Source: an uncultured delta proteobacterium
GTDB taxonomy: Bacteria > Myxococcota_A > Polyangia > Polyangiales > Polyangiaceae
DNA: 64,000 nucleotides
Direction of reading: 5' to 3'
NCBI GenBank assembly: GCA_963841435.1
Contig: CAWJCS010000002.1
Span: 160,001-224,000 of the forward strand
Notes under the pieces: model-generated
Database searches by the model: none
The model's input: the letters and a program-made list of their open reading frames with translations, nothing else
Told to the model about the DNA's origin: nothing
Shown here: piece after piece, positions 31,508 through 42,133 of the stretch
Layout of the letters: each line of letters starts with the position of its first letter
Numbering within the stretch: position 1 is the first letter of the stretch
Translations under genes and position numbers: made by a program

Positions 31508-33178
31508 TCAGAGCCTCGGCGGGGGTCCGTACAGGGTGGGGCGCCACGCGATGTAGCCACCCGCGGCGCCGCTCAGCGACTGCACGAGCTGTTGCGACGC
31601 GTCGATCTCGTGGATCACGCCGGCGGTCGAGAACACGACGAGGGTGTTGCCGTTCGGCAGCGCCTGCACGTCACCCAGTGTGTTGCTGGTCGTCCCCGGT
31701 GAATAGGCCCAGACCTGGGTGGCGGCGAACGTCCCCACCTCGTCGAGCATGTACTTGAACACGGTTGAACCGCCGCTCGACCCGTTGTTGAAGAACAGGA
31801 ACGTGCCGCTGCCGTCGTCGAGCAAGTGGTGGCCGTGGTTCACGCGCCAGGTCCCCGGAACGCACTTGGGCGCGGGGGCTCCCGTGCAATCGCCGCCGAA
31901 CTGCCAGAGTAGCGCGCCGCTGCGGCTCACCTTGATGTAGAGGTTCGGCTGGCGATCGCTGATCGTGTAGGTGTCGTCGTTGGGGTGGTAGTGGATGGCG
32001 TTCGCGTGGTAGCTGCTCGAGACGTACGCGGTCGAGTCGAGGTGCATCACCGTGCTGACGTTGCCCTCGGCGTCCCCCTCGATGAGATCGCTCGGCTGGT
32101 TGCCGCTCTGTTGAATCCACGACAGGCACGCGATCTTGCCATCGGGTAACACCGTGAGATCATGGTGACAATTGGAGAACGCCGCGATCTTGTCCGTGCG
32201 GGTGAGCCCGTCCATCGAGACGCGGCCGACCTCGCCGCCGTTGGCGGACTGGTTCTGGACGTTCACCGCCGCCATCCACATGAACTTGCCGTCGTAGCTC
32301 ATCTGCGCGCGGGTACACCCTGACGGCGCGGGTGCCCACCAGACGGGGTCGCTGTCGGCGTCGAGAATCATCGCGTAGATGCTGCCGCTGCGCGTGTTCG
32401 TGATGATGAAGCCGCGGTCCTGCGCGGCGGCGCTCGGGCCGAGCGTGCGCGTGATGGGCGGCAGCGCGCTCGGCACCGCTCCCGTCGTGATCGAGTAGGG
32501 CTCGCTCGCGCACGAGGTCGTCCCGTTCGAAACCTGGAGCTGGAACGAGTACGTCTTGGAGCCCTTCATGCCGAGCAGCAGCGTGCGAAAGCTCGGTCCT
32601 TCGGCGGTATCGACGGGTGCCGTCTGCGTGGCCTCGCCGGGCAGGCCGAACGCGATGCTCGCGCTCGTGAGGTTCGCGAGATCGACCGACCACTCGACGA
32701 TGCCGACCGTGGGAATGCCGCCCGGGCCGGCTTTGTCCGCCGTCTGGGAGCTCACGGTGAAGGTGCAGTTTCCGGGCGTCGCGCCCGCGCCGCCGCCGTC
32801 GCCCCCCGCGCCGGCACCCACACCGCCGCTCGACCCGCCGTCGCCCCCCGCGCCGGCACCCGCACCAGCGGATCCGGCGGTGGCCGAGGCACCCGAGACG
32901 CCCGATCCGCCCGATCCCGGCGCGGCCGCGGCACCGGACGCGCCGCCCACTGCCGCCGAGCTGCCGCTCGTCCCGCCCGCGCCGCTGCTCGCGCCACCGG
33001 ACGCGCCACCCACGCCCGTGCCCGAGCCCCCACCGGTGCCGGCTGCGGGCGCCCCGCCCGCAGAGGTGCTCGCCTGCGAGCCCCCGCCGCCGCAGGCCGT
33101 GGCTCCGACGCTGACAGCGCCGAGGGCTGCGAGCGCCGCCGAAAACAGCCGAGGGTTCCCTGCCTTGCTCCGTTTCAC
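31508..33178 (-). CDS. Aryl-sulfotransferase (ASST)-like beta-propeller lipoprotein with Gly-rich linker
   Basis: Lipobox ATAC; 'LLGMKGSKTY' N-domain; 'CHHDLTVLPDG', 'YHANAI', 'NHGHH', 'LGDVQALPNGNTLV'. Confidence 0.75.
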   Translation of the reverse strand: MKRSKAGNPRLFSAALAALGAVSVGATACGGGGSQASTSAGGAPAAGTGGGSGTGVGGASGGASSGAGGTSGSSAAVGGASGAAAAPGSGGSGVSGASATAGSAGAGAGAGGDGGSSGGVGAGAGGDGGGAGATPGNCTFTVSSQTADKAGPGGIPTVGIVEWSVDLANLTSASIAFGLPGEATQTAPVDTAEGPSFRTLLLGMKGSKTYSFQLQVSNGTTSCASEPYSITTGAVPSALPPITRTLGPSAAAQDRGFIITNTRSGSIYAMILDADSDPVWWAPAPSGCTRAQMSYDGKFMWMAAVNVQNQSANGGEVGRVSMDGLTRTDKIAAFSNCHHDLTVLPDGKIACLSWIQQSGNQPSDLIEGDAEGNVSTVMHLDSTAYVSSSYHANAIHYHPNDDTYTISDRQPNLYIKVSRSGALLWQFGGDCTGAPAPKCVPGTWRVNHGHHLLDDGSGTFLFFNNGSSGGSTVFKYMLDEVGTFAATQVWAYSPGTTSNTLGDVQALPNGNTLVVFSTAGVIHEIDASQQLVQSLSGAAGGYIAWRPTLYGPPPRL

Positions 33179-33356
33179 GCGTGTCTCCTCTGCCGCGCCA
33201 CGGGCTCGCCGGCAAGGAAGAGTCCGCGCGGCGCTCGCAAACCAGGCAACAAACTCCCGCCCGTCCGGCACGGACGTTTGCGAGGACCGGCCGATGCGAC
33301 CCCGCGAGCAGGCTGGGGGCGCGGGTCGGCGTGGGCCCTGGCCGTCGCTCGCTCGC

Positions 33357-33812
33357 TCAGCGCGAGTGCGCGATGAGCTCGGTGACCGACCTGCCCACGC
33401 CGCCCGGCAGCGCAACCTTGCGCATCGCCGCGATGCCGAGCAGCGCCGTAACGCCGCCAAAGAGCGTGACGAATAGCACGAGCGACACCGTGCTGCGCGT
33501 CCTCGACACGGAGCGGCGCGGCGGTGGCAGGCTCGGCGGTAGGCTCGGCGCGAGCGACGCTGGCGCCGAATCGTAGAACGTTTGCTCGATTCCGTTGGTG
33601 GACGGGCGCGATGACTCGGGTCGGCGTTCCGACGGTCTCGCGACGACGCCGCTCGTCTCCGCCGGGGCGGCGACGCCGGAAAAGCTCCGCAGGCTCTCGG
33701 CTGCCGGCACGACGGGCGTGGGACGGGAGCAGAAGGAGCTTGCCTCGTTCGGTGGGAAGCGCGAGTCCGCGCTCGCTGGCCCCGACAGGGCCCGATGCTG
33801 GGTGTTCGTCAC
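33357..33812 (-). CDS. Possible small protein with disordered N-terminus and C-terminal TM
   Basis: 'SLAPSLPPSLPPP' followed by hydrophobic 'VSLVLFVTLFGGVTALLGIAAM'. Confidence 0.45.
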   Translation of the reverse strand: MTNTQHRALSGPASADSRFPPNEASSFCSRPTPVVPAAESLRSFSGVAAPAETSGVVARPSERRPESSRPSTNGIEQTFYDSAPASLAPSLPPSLPPPRRSVSRTRSTVSLVLFVTLFGGVTALLGIAAMRKVALPGGVGRSVTELIAHSR

Positions 33813-34218
33813 GTCATAAGAGCTTTCGCTAGGGGGACCGTTTGCGCCCGCTTGGTGGGTGGGTCGCAGTGCCGCGGCTTATCAGGCGCTCCGCTCTGGC
33901 GACCGTCGCGTACAGCGGCGCACCTTGTGCGCACGGGGCGTCAGTGCTCGTTGTGCTCGCGGTCAGGCTCGTGAACTTGGTCGTGGAAGAGCCAAGTTTC
34001 GGCAGCGCTGGCTCGCGCCGGCACGTGCGCGTCGAAGCTCTTCGCTCGACTCCGAGAGCCCACGGCTCGCTCGTTTCGACCACCCATCGGCGCCGTTGGC
34101 GTGCTCGACCGTTTCGGTCGAAACATCCGAAGTGATAAGCACGTCACGTGCGGCGCTCCGCTCGGTGCTCGGCGCGTGACCTCGTGGCTGCTCGGTGAGA
34201 TAGTCGAGACCTTCGCGG

Positions 34219-35250
34219 ATGCCTCCAAAGATCCTGCTCGGTGCGTTCGCTGCGATGAGCTGCAGCATCTACGACTCGTCGCTGCTCGACGATTTACCAG
34301 CGGGAGCGAACCACGGCGGTGGCGCGGGCGACACGAGCCGGGCCGGCACGGCGGGCGAAGGTGGCGTGCCGGACGGGGAAGGGGGCACTCCTGAAGCCGG
34401 TGCCGGAGGCGCAGGCCGGGGAGGGACCGGACCCGGTGAGGGTGGGGAAGGCGGCGCGCTCGGTGACGAGGCCGGTGCCGCGGGCGAAGCGGCGACGGGT
34501 GGTGCTTCCGGGAGCGGGTCCGGAACCGCGGGAATCGGCGGCGCAACGGGCGGCGGCGCTGGCGTTGGCGGCGCTTCAGGCGCCTCGGGGAACGCTGGTA
34601 CGGGCGGCGCGGGAGCGGGCGGTGCGGGAGCGGGCGGTGCGGGAGCGGGCGGTGCGGGAGCGGGCGGTGCGGGAGCGGGCGGCGCGGGAGCGGGCGGCAC
34701 GGCTGGTGGCGAGCCGTGTCCGACCGGTGGCACGGGCTGCGCGAGGCTCTCGGTGCCGCTTTCGACAGCCGGCGACCGCACGCTCTTCAGCATCGCTCTC
34801 GGTGCCGCGACGGACTTCTCGAACGCCGTCATCAGCTACCGCGTGTACAAGGCCGCGGGCACGGGTGGGCGCATCTGGGCGTACGTGCAGCACGGCGGCA
34901 ACCCCGACTACAACCTGATCTACGGCGGCGCGCGAAACTTCGATGCCTTCGGCGGCTGGCAAACCCTGACCTGGGACGTAGCGACGAGCATGCCGGGCTT
35001 CACGTTCGACAAGTCGATCATCTACCGTCTCGGTATCGAGATCGTCGCGAGCGGCTCGGGGCCCTGGACGGACCCAACCGTCGTCTACATCGATTCGATC
35101 TCCGTCACGTCGGGACCGAGCGTCGGCCCCTGGCCTTTCGACGACGCCACGTCGGTGTCGTCGGCGGGCACGGCCCCGTCCAACGTGCTCCTGCTGTCCG
35201 GTAACGCGAGCGAGCTCGTCCCGGGCTCCACGCTCGACTGGGCACCCTGA
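34219..35250 (+). CDS. Lipoprotein with long Gly/Ala linker and C-terminal galactose-binding-like (CBM-like) domain
   Basis: Lipobox AMSC; (AGAGG)6; 'GWQTLTWDV', 'VVYIDSISV'. Confidence 0.7.
   Translation: MPPKILLGAFAAMSCSIYDSSLLDDLPAGANHGGGAGDTSRAGTAGEGGVPDGEGGTPEAGAGGAGRGGTGPGEGGEGGALGDEAGAAGEAATGGASGSGSGTAGIGGATGGGAGVGGASGASGNAGTGGAGAGGAGAGGAGAGGAGAGGAGAGGAGAGGTAGGEPCPTGGTGCARLSVPLSTAGDRTLFSIALGAATDFSNAVISYRVYKAAGTGGRIWAYVQHGGNPDYNLIYGGARNFDAFGGWQTLTWDVATSMPGFTFDKSIIYRLGIEIVASGSGPWTDPTVVYIDSISVTSGPSVGPWPFDDATSVSSAGTAPSNVLLLSGNASELVPGSTLDWAP
34609..34698 (+). repeat. Six tandem 15-bp units GCGGGAGCGGGCGG(T/C) encoding (AGAGG)6
   Basis: Read directly from the sequence. Confidence 0.95.
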
Positions 35251-35319
35251 GCCCGTCCGCAACGGCCGAGCAATCGGCAATTGACGGAATCGGCGCGCTC
35301 GGCGAAACGTGGGAAGGCG

Positions 35320-38296
35320 ATGTCGGAAGGTCATCCCGATCCGGCGCCTTCCGAGCAAGCCTGCTGCCTGCTCGGGACGGGCGGGTTGCCGGCCCCGTCG
35401 TCGTTCATGTCGAGCCGGTGGTCGTTCGACAACGTCGTCACGTGCCACCCCGAGCACCTCTACGGGGGCGAAGTGCTCGAGGTGATCGACCCCGACGCGC
35501 TCGAGCACCTCGTTGCCGAAGCGCTGGAGGGTCTCGGCGCGGCGCGTGTCGGTGCGGCGCGAATGGGTGTGCTCACCTGGGACATAGCGCTCGAGACGGA
35601 ACGGGGCCCCCTCACGCTTCAACTCCCGAGGGTGCTCGACGAGCCGGGCGGGCGGGGTCGAGCCAAGCGTGACGTTCCCGGGCAATGCTTCCAGAACGCA
35701 CGGCATTTCCGTGCCGAGCGCCTCGCGCGCTTCGTCGTCGAGCCGAGGGAGCTTTCGACGCTCGGGGGCCGTGTGCCCGCGGCGCTCTTCGGCGCCCTGC
35801 CCGAGCACCGGCGCATCACCATCGCTCGTGGAGCTTTGCGCGTCGAGCTCACCGAGGGGAAGCTGCTCTGGCAGATCGGCCTCGGTACGGGCGCGACGGC
35901 GGAGCTCCTCGCCGAAATGGTGGCCGCTCTCGTCTACCACTACGATCCCGACGAGGGCGGCGGCACGGCGCTCACCGACGTTCTCGTCAACGACGGTGAC
36001 TTCGTGGTGCGTCGTCGCCGCGACGGCTCGTTCGACGTTCGGCTGACGGCCGCTCGCCGCCGCGAGCAGGGGATTGGGTGGAGCCTGCTCCTGCTCCATC
36101 TGGTCCAAATGATGGCGTTCGAGGACTTTCAGGTCGACGACTCGCTCACCGGGCTTCCCCTGCTCGCGTCGAACCCCTCGGTGGCGTTCGCGGGCGTCGT
36201 GCGTGGTCTTCGCTACCGTCAGCGTGACCTCGGTCTCCCCGAGGGTGACGCCGAGGAGCGCGCGCACCGCGTCATCGACGCCTTCGGGCGCTCCCCGGAG
36301 GGTCGCGCGTACCGGCCATTCTGCGAACGCTTTCTCGAGGGTCGCTTGCCGCCTTCGTTCGGCGGTGACGTGCGCGAGCACTGGTGGCGTCTGGTTCCCC
36401 TCGAGACGCGGCAGCGCGTGCTCGAGCTTGCCGGCCGCAGCGACGCGCGCGCGGCGACCTCGGCGCGCACCGTGCGCACGTTTCTCGACCGGCTGTCGCG
36501 CGAGATTGGTCGTGGCCCCGACGAAGACCCCGCGCTCGTGAGGCTGAACGACCTCGGTCGCAACGAGCTCGTCGGGCTGCTCGGGGAGGTGGGCGTCGAA
36601 GCGGGAGCGCGGCCGGGCGTCGCTGACGAGATCTTCCAGCACTGGCCGTACCGCAGTTTTGATCACCTGCTGGCCCGAGCACCCGGCGCGCGCCCGCTCA
36701 GGCGGCAGAAGAGCCGTCTTTGCTTCGGCGAGGTCGTGACGGAAGCCGAGCAAAGCGTGCTGAAGAGCTCGCCGCCGGCGGCGAAACACGTGGGCGTGCC
36801 GCGCCGCTTTGCCAACGCCGAGATCTTCGGCGATCTGGCGTTCGCGGCGCCGCTGCAGGCGCACGCCGTCCAGAGCTTCGCGAGCTTCGACGCGTACATG
36901 GAGGCGGCGCTCCACGATTCGCGGTGGGGCTACTACGCCCACGGCGTGCGCATCGGCAGCACGGGGCACTTCCACACCCATCCCGAGGAGTTTACGCCCC
37001 GCTATGGCGGCTACGTCGCCAACATGGCGTTCAAGGCATACGTCAACATGGTCGTAAGGGGTGAGCTCGCCGAGACGGATGCGTTTTTCGTGATCGAGTT
37101 CGGCGCGGGCAACGGCCGACTTGCACGCGACTTTCTCGACGCCGTGGCGCGCGCCGCCGAAGGCTCGCGGGGTGCCGACCGGGAGCGCTTTCGCGCGTTT
37201 GCCGCCCGCGTCGAGTACCGAATCTACGAGCGCTCGGCATCGCTGCGCGAGAACCAGCGCGCCCTCTTGGGCGGCGACGCGCTCGTCGCGGAGGGTGACG
37301 CGCGGCACCCCGCAGAGACCCTGAAACGCGACTTCCCGGACGGCCTGCGAGGCTTCGTCGTCACCAACGAGGTACCCGACGCGTTCGGCGTGCACAAGCT
37401 GGCGCTGACCGCGGAAGGGCGCGCATTCGCGGCGCTCGTCGTGCCTCGCGTCGAACCTTCGGCGCGGGCCGCACTCGGCGAATCGCTTTGGGCGCGCGTC
37501 GTCGAGACGGATCGCTCCCTGCGCGCCCAATTCGCGCTTCGAGGGCACGCCGGCGACGCGTATCTCGATCGGGAAGGCCACGCGGCGGTCATGGCGGCGC
37601 TCATGGGGCTGCCCGAGCGAGAGCGCGAGCCTCTACGTGGCGCGCTGTGGTTCGAGGAAGCGTACGTGCCCGTGTCGGTCCTGCCCGAGCTTGCCGCGCA
37701 CCTCGCCGACAACGCCGAGCAGTACTCGATCGCGCTCGCCGCCGACGATTCGGGGGTCGTCGCCTACGTGAACCTCCACGCCGACCGCTACGTTGCCGAG
37801 CTCGGTCGAACGCTGCGCGCGGGGTTCGTCGTGACCATCGACTACGGTGATACCACCTTCGGCCTCGTCCAGGGCGCGAGGCGCGGCGACTTCCCTTTCC
37901 GTGTCTACCGCGATTCACCCGAAGGTGCGCCGCGGCCGAACGATCCGTACTCGGCCCCGGGCGCGCAAGATCTCACGGCCGACGTGAACTTCACGTCGCT
38001 AGCCCGCGCGGGCGAAAAGGCGGGATTGTCGTTGGTCCACTTCGGTCCGGAGCGAGAACGTCTGCCAGGACGACCTCGAGGGCGTGCTCCGCGAGTCCCC
38101 AACGCGACCAGAGCTCGTGAAGCTCATCGGCAACCCCGTGTTCAAGCTGCTCGTGCTCGGCACGCATGCGAGCGACCTCTTCGCCGCTCCGCTGACGACA
38201 CCCCTCCCGCTCCTCGCTCGCGAGCAAGACGTGCCGAAGGCGCGGCGGGGGCGGATCGCGGCGATCCGCGCTGCCCTGTCGGGCTACGTTCACTAG
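35320..38296 (+). CDS. Multidomain protein: uncharacterised N-terminal domain, HhH-like segment and MidA/NDUFAF7-family SAM methyltransferase; +1 frameshift at about 38057
   Basis: MidA motifs 'FDAYMEAALH...GYY', 'HFHTHPE', 'IEFGAGNGRLA', 'TNEVPDAF', 'TIDYG', 'PGAQDLTADVNFT'; tail 'FKLLVL' in ORF 38084-38296. Confidence 0.85.
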
Positions 38297-38368
38297 GCCT
38301 GGAACGCGAGGACGAAGCCGAGCCCCACGGTGTCAGCGGGCTTTTCGAACAGTAACGCCGCGCCCTCG

Positions 38369-39472
38369 CTAGCGGCGCGCCTTTTCTTCCCCACGCGACC
38401 GCGAGCCGTTGCAAGAGCTCGGGCCCCGGGCGAAGCCGTCTGCGGGTGCCGTCTTGATCCGGCGCTCCATACTCTCGTCGTAGCGGCCGGTCTCGGCAAT
38501 GCGATCCTTCGGATGGTTCTTGTTCCAGAGCTTCTGGAACGCGAGCACGTCCGTCGCGGTGGTCGGCGGGTTCTTGCCCTTGTAGTCGAAGTGCACGCGG
38601 TCGCTCGAGCCGAGCCAGCGAAATTTCTCGGCCTCGAGCGCAGGGCGCCACGCCGCCGCGTTCGCGACGTCGAGCGCCAGGCCTAGCTCGTGGTTGCTGT
38701 CGCCCGGGAGCGTCGCGAGCTGCACGCCGCAGCGCTTGTTCGCCGACCAGCGCCACACCATGTACTGCTGCACGACGGTGCGCAGAGCACTGTTGACCGT
38801 CAGCGTCGCTTTCGGGTGCGCGGCGAGCGCGCGCAGGAGGTGGTCGCGCGCCCCGGCCTCGAGATACGGAAAGACGTGGGATTTGAGCTGCAAATTCGGA
38901 CGCTTCGGCAGCTCCACGAACCCACGTGGATTCAGGCAGCGAGCCTGTTCGATGATCTGACGACTCAGTCCCTCGACGCTGCCCGTCGTGCAGCTCCCGG
39001 CCACGGCTTGCTCCACCGTCGCGAAGTGCTTGGGCGGCGTTTCCCTGCGAGGGCCGCGCTCGTCCTCGCCCTCCTCGTCGAAGACGGGCGGCTCGCCCGC
39101 GTCGAGCTTCAGCGGCTCGACCGGCTGCGGCACGATTGCGGCGGCCGTCGCGGACGCGGTCAGGCTCGGCTCGGGTGCGGCGCTCGGTGCGCTCGAGGCG
39201 ACAGCCGCGGCCGAAGCGGACCCCGCGGGGCTCGACTGTCCCCGGGCGCGCAGGATGAAAGCCACGTCAATCGCGATCACCGCGCACGGAATGACGCACG
39301 CGATGGCGAGCCACAACGAACGCCGCGCGAGCCATGGCCCCTCGAGCACGCGCGACAGGGCGGCGAGGAGCTCCCGCCGCCGCGCGCGAGCCCAGCGACC
39401 GCGCGCCCCGACCTCGGGCGGCGCCGGGGAACGGGGTGGCGCCGGGCGATCGGGCGCGGGGTCGTCGGGCAT
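38369..39472 (-). CDS. Membrane-anchored M15-family (VanY/LAS-type) zinc peptidase, probably acting on peptidoglycan
   Basis: 'NSALRTVVQQY', 'PGDSNHELGLALD' (SxHxxGxAxD), 'DRVHFD'; TM near the N-terminus; 'VLAFQKLWN...ETGRY' PG-binding-like tail. Confidence 0.8.
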   Translation of the reverse strand: MPDDPAPDRPAPPRSPAPPEVGARGRWARARRRELLAALSRVLEGPWLARRSLWLAIACVIPCAVIAIDVAFILRARGQSSPAGSASAAAVASSAPSAAPEPSLTASATAAAIVPQPVEPLKLDAGEPPVFDEEGEDERGPRRETPPKHFATVEQAVAGSCTTGSVEGLSRQIIEQARCLNPRGFVELPKRPNLQLKSHVFPYLEAGARDHLLRALAAHPKATLTVNSALRTVVQQYMVWRWSANKRCGVQLATLPGDSNHELGLALDVANAAAWRPALEAEKFRWLGSSDRVHFDYKGKNPPTTATDVLAFQKLWNKNHPKDRIAETGRYDESMERRIKTAPADGFARGPSSCNGSRSRGEEKARR

Positions 39473-39588
39473 GGGGCTCCGCGGCTACCGCGATCGCGAG
39501 CGACCGGCAAACATCCGCCCATCGCAGGCGGCGCAAGCCCGAGGAGTGAGCGTGCCGGCGCGGCGCTCGATCGGACCGCCACGCGAGC

Positions 39589-40917
39589 TCAGGGGCAGGT
39601 CGAGGGCTCGGTGAGCTGCGAGCGGATTTGCGAAATCGTCGAGGCCCAGCTCGAATTGGGATTGTACTGGGCGAGGCCGACTACGCCGTCCGCGATGCGC
39701 GCGTTGATGTTGGCCACAACGTCCCACGCGGCGTCGTGGCCCGCGCTCTGGCCCGCGACGCCGTAGCCCGTGTCGGCGAGGATGGGCTTGCCCGTGACGC
39801 GGTGGACGCCGGCCCAGGTCATCTGGTTGCTCGAGCGGATGCGCGCGTTGCCGGCGTCCGTGCCACCCCCCGAAGTGTTGACGAACGTGAAAGCGTCGAG
39901 GTCGAAGTGCGAGTACCAGTCGGCACCGTCGTTCGGGATCCACGGCGAGATGTCGAGCGAGAAGCTCGCGTTGGGAAGCTCCGCGCGCAGCGTCGCGACG
40001 AGGCGACCCATGATGTCGCCTGCCTCGTCGGGGCTGAGGGCGTTCGCGTCGCCACCAGCATTGTACTGGTAGTAGTCGGGCTCCATCATGAAAAGGATCG
40101 GCCGCGTGGTGCCATAGCAGCCGGCGAAGCCCCGAGCGTACATGGCGTACTCGGGGATGATGCGGTCTTCGAGGTGGTTTCGGATGTAGGTTGCACCGTG
40201 CTGGCAGAGGTTCGTGTTGCCGCTCACGTTGCAGTCCTGCAGGCCCTCGTCGCGCCGCGCCGTGAACGCGATGACGTAAGAGACGATCGCCGGCACGCGC
40301 CCCTCGAACGTGGCGCCGGGCGCGGTGTCGTCACAAACGTACTTCATGTCGAAGTTGTCGGACTGTCCCATCCAGCCGGGCGTGAAGTAATCGAGCTCGG
40401 CGCGCAGCGCGGCGTTGTTCCGCGCCTTCGAATCGATGGTGCCGAAATGAAAGCGGCAGCTGTCGAACACGGCAGGAGCGTCGCCCGCGGTCCCCGCGCT
40501 TCCCGCGCTTCCCGCGCTTCCCGCGCTTCCCGCGCTTCCCGACGATCCGGCAACACCGGCACCGCTGCTTTTTCCGGCGCCCAACGTCCCCGCGGCGCCA
40601 CCTGAGCCCTGCCCGCCCTTGCCGCCGCCCGCGTTTCCAGCGCCGCCGCCCGCGCCGCCGCCGCCAGCTTTCCCACCGGCGCCGGATCCGCCACCACCGG
40701 TGCCGGAGGTGGCCGCGCTCGCGCCGCCCGTGCCCGCATTCCCCGCGCCACCGTTGACGGACGCCCCCGCGCCGCCGCCCGCGCCAGCCGCCGCCTGTCC
40801 CGCGCCGCCGCCTCCAGCGAAAGGCGTGTCAGTGGCGGTGGGGGTCTCGGGCGAGCTGCAGGAAAGCAGGGCCGCAGCCAGCGAGGCAGTTGAGAGTCGG
40901 GGGCAGAGGGACGTCAA
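39589..40917 (-). CDS. Lipoprotein with Gly-rich linker and C-terminal putative glycoside-hydrolase-like alpha/beta domain
   Basis: Lipobox LLSC, TTG start with GGGAG upstream; 'MMEPDYYQY', 'SLDISPW', '[10 protein letters not shown]'; aromatic-rich. Confidence 0.6.
   Translation of the reverse strand: MTSLCPRLSTASLAAALLSCSSPETPTATDTPFAGGGGAGQAAAGAGGGAGASVNGGAGNAGTGGASAATSGTGGGGSGAGGKAGGGGAGGGAGNAGGGKGGQGSGGAAGTLGAGKSSGAGVAGSSGSAGSAGSAGSAGSAGTAGDAPAVFDSCRFHFGTIDSKARNNAALRAELDYFTPGWMGQSDNFDMKYVCDDTAPGATFEGRVPAIVSYVIAFTARRDEGLQDCNVSGNTNLCQHGATYIRNHLEDRIIPEYAMYARGFAGCYGTTRPILFMMEPDYYQYNAGGDANALSPDEAGDIMGRLVATLRAELPNASFSLDISPWIPNDGADWYSHFDLDAFTFVNTSGGGTDAGNARIRSSNQMTWAGVHRVTGKPILADTGYGVAGQSAGHDAAWDVVANINARIADGVVGLAQYNPNSSWASTISQIRSQLTEPSTCP
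40493..40537 (-). repeat. Five tandem 9-bp units (CCCGCGCTT) encoding Gly-Ser-Ala repeats
   Basis: Read directly from the sequence. Confidence 0.95.
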
Positions 40918-41018
40918 GCGTGTGCTCCCAAGGTAGCGGAGGCGGGTGCCCCACGGTCACGAATCGCGATCTCTTGGAAAATTCCGCAACTCGAACCTCG
41001 CGGTAATCTAGAGATTGA

Positions 41019-41171
41019 ATGGGCCGAGCCTTCGCTTTTGCTGGGTGTCTGCTCGTGGCGCCGGTGCTCGCCGGCTGCGGAGACAAGGACTGCAAGGAGA
41101 TCTGCGAGCAGAAGGTCGACGACTGCCGCGGCATCATGGCATGCGGCTTTTCCCTCCGCTGCGGACCGTAG
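41019..41171 (+). CDS. 50-aa Cys-rich small lipoprotein, below the ORF-track cutoff
   Basis: [50 protein letters not shown]; canonical LAGC lipobox; 13 nt gap to kduI. Confidence 0.55.
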   Translation: MGRAFAFAGCLLVAPVLAGCGDKDCKEICEQKVDDCRGIMACGFSLRCGP

Positions 41172-41184
41172 TAAACGAGCTCGC

Positions 41185-42015
41185 ATGTACAAGCGCACCC
41201 TCCAGGCAACGCATCCCGACATGATGCGTGGCGCGGACGCCGCGACGCTTGCCGAGCGCTACATGGTCTCGGAGCTTTTCACGGCGGACTCGGTCGGGCT
41301 GACCTACGCCCACGTCGAGCGCTTCGTGATCGGCGGTATCATGCCGGTCCGGCAGACGCTCGGCTTGCCGCGCCAGCGCGGCGACGTGCCGTTTCTCGTG
41401 CGGCGCGAGCTCGGCGTCGTCAACGTCGGCGGCCCCGGTCGCGTTCGCGTCAACGGAGCAACCTTCGAGCTTGCCCCGCGCGACGGGCTCTACGTGCCGA
41501 TGGGCTCGGCCGACGTGACCTTCGAGTCGGCGTCGCCCGATGACCCCGCCAAGCTCTACCTCGTGAGCACTCCCGCCCACGCCCGCTTCGAGACCGTCAA
41601 GATCTCGATCGACAAGGCCGTCCCCCTCGAGCGCGGCTCGCTCGAAACCTCGAACGAGCGCACCATCTACCAGTACATCGTCCCCGAAACGTGCAAGTCC
41701 GCGCAGCTCTTGCTCGGACTCACGCTGCTCAAGCCCGGCAGCGTTTGGAACACCATGCCGCCGCACCTTCACGACCGCCGCTCCGAGGTTTACTTCTACT
41801 TCGGCCTCGGCAAGGAAGACCGCGTGTTTCACTTCATGGGCGAGCCCGACGCCATCCGGCACCTAGTGCTCGAGAACGATCAGGCCGTCATCTCGCCACC
41901 GTGGTCGATCCACATGGGTGCCGGCACCAAAAATTACGGCTTCATCTGGGCGATGGGCGGCGAAAACCAGGACTACACGGACATGAACGTCCTGGATCTC
42001 TGCCAGCTGCGCTAA
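41185..42015 (+). CDS. kduI: 5-dehydro-4-deoxy-D-glucuronate isomerase
   Basis: '[10 protein letters not shown]', '[11 protein letters not shown]', 'SNERTIYQY', '[18 protein letters not shown]', '[25 protein letters not shown]'. Confidence 0.95.
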   Translation: MYKRTLQATHPDMMRGADAATLAERYMVSELFTADSVGLTYAHVERFVIGGIMPVRQTLGLPRQRGDVPFLVRRELGVVNVGGPGRVRVNGATFELAPRDGLYVPMGSADVTFESASPDDPAKLYLVSTPAHARFETVKISIDKAVPLERGSLETSNERTIYQYIVPETCKSAQLLLGLTLLKPGSVWNTMPPHLHDRRSEVYFYFGLGKEDRVFHFMGEPDAIRHLVLENDQAVISPPWSIHMGAGTKNYGFIWAMGGENQDYTDMNVLDLCQLR

Positions 42016-42133
42016 GCCCACGGGGTGTCTCAGAAGTAGCTCCGCCCGTTGAGGCTGAGCCGCAGCATGACCACGTGGGCCGTCGGCTGGACGAGCGCCG
42101 GGTGATCTCCGGTGACGTGCTAGCCTGAGCGTC

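Noticed and set aside
33813-34218. Possible ncRNA or small ORF in a ~400-bp gap
   Set aside because: No recognisable RNA motif, RBS or protein-like frame
34609-34698. CRISPR-like or iteron interpretation of the tandem repeats (also 40493, 43371, 13877)
   Set aside because: No spacers, no cas or rep genes; two of the repeats are in-frame linker codons
34576-37581. 1001-aa minus-strand ORF with SRTAR repeats
   Set aside because: Antisense of the lipoprotein and MidA-fusion genes; the repeats are the reverse of the (AGAGG)n DNA repeat
1238-38296. Calling the seven frameshifted genes pseudogenes or programmed frameshifts
   Set aside because: All are single +1 events in otherwise intact genes with recurring sequence context and no clear slippery sites; consensus error is more likely
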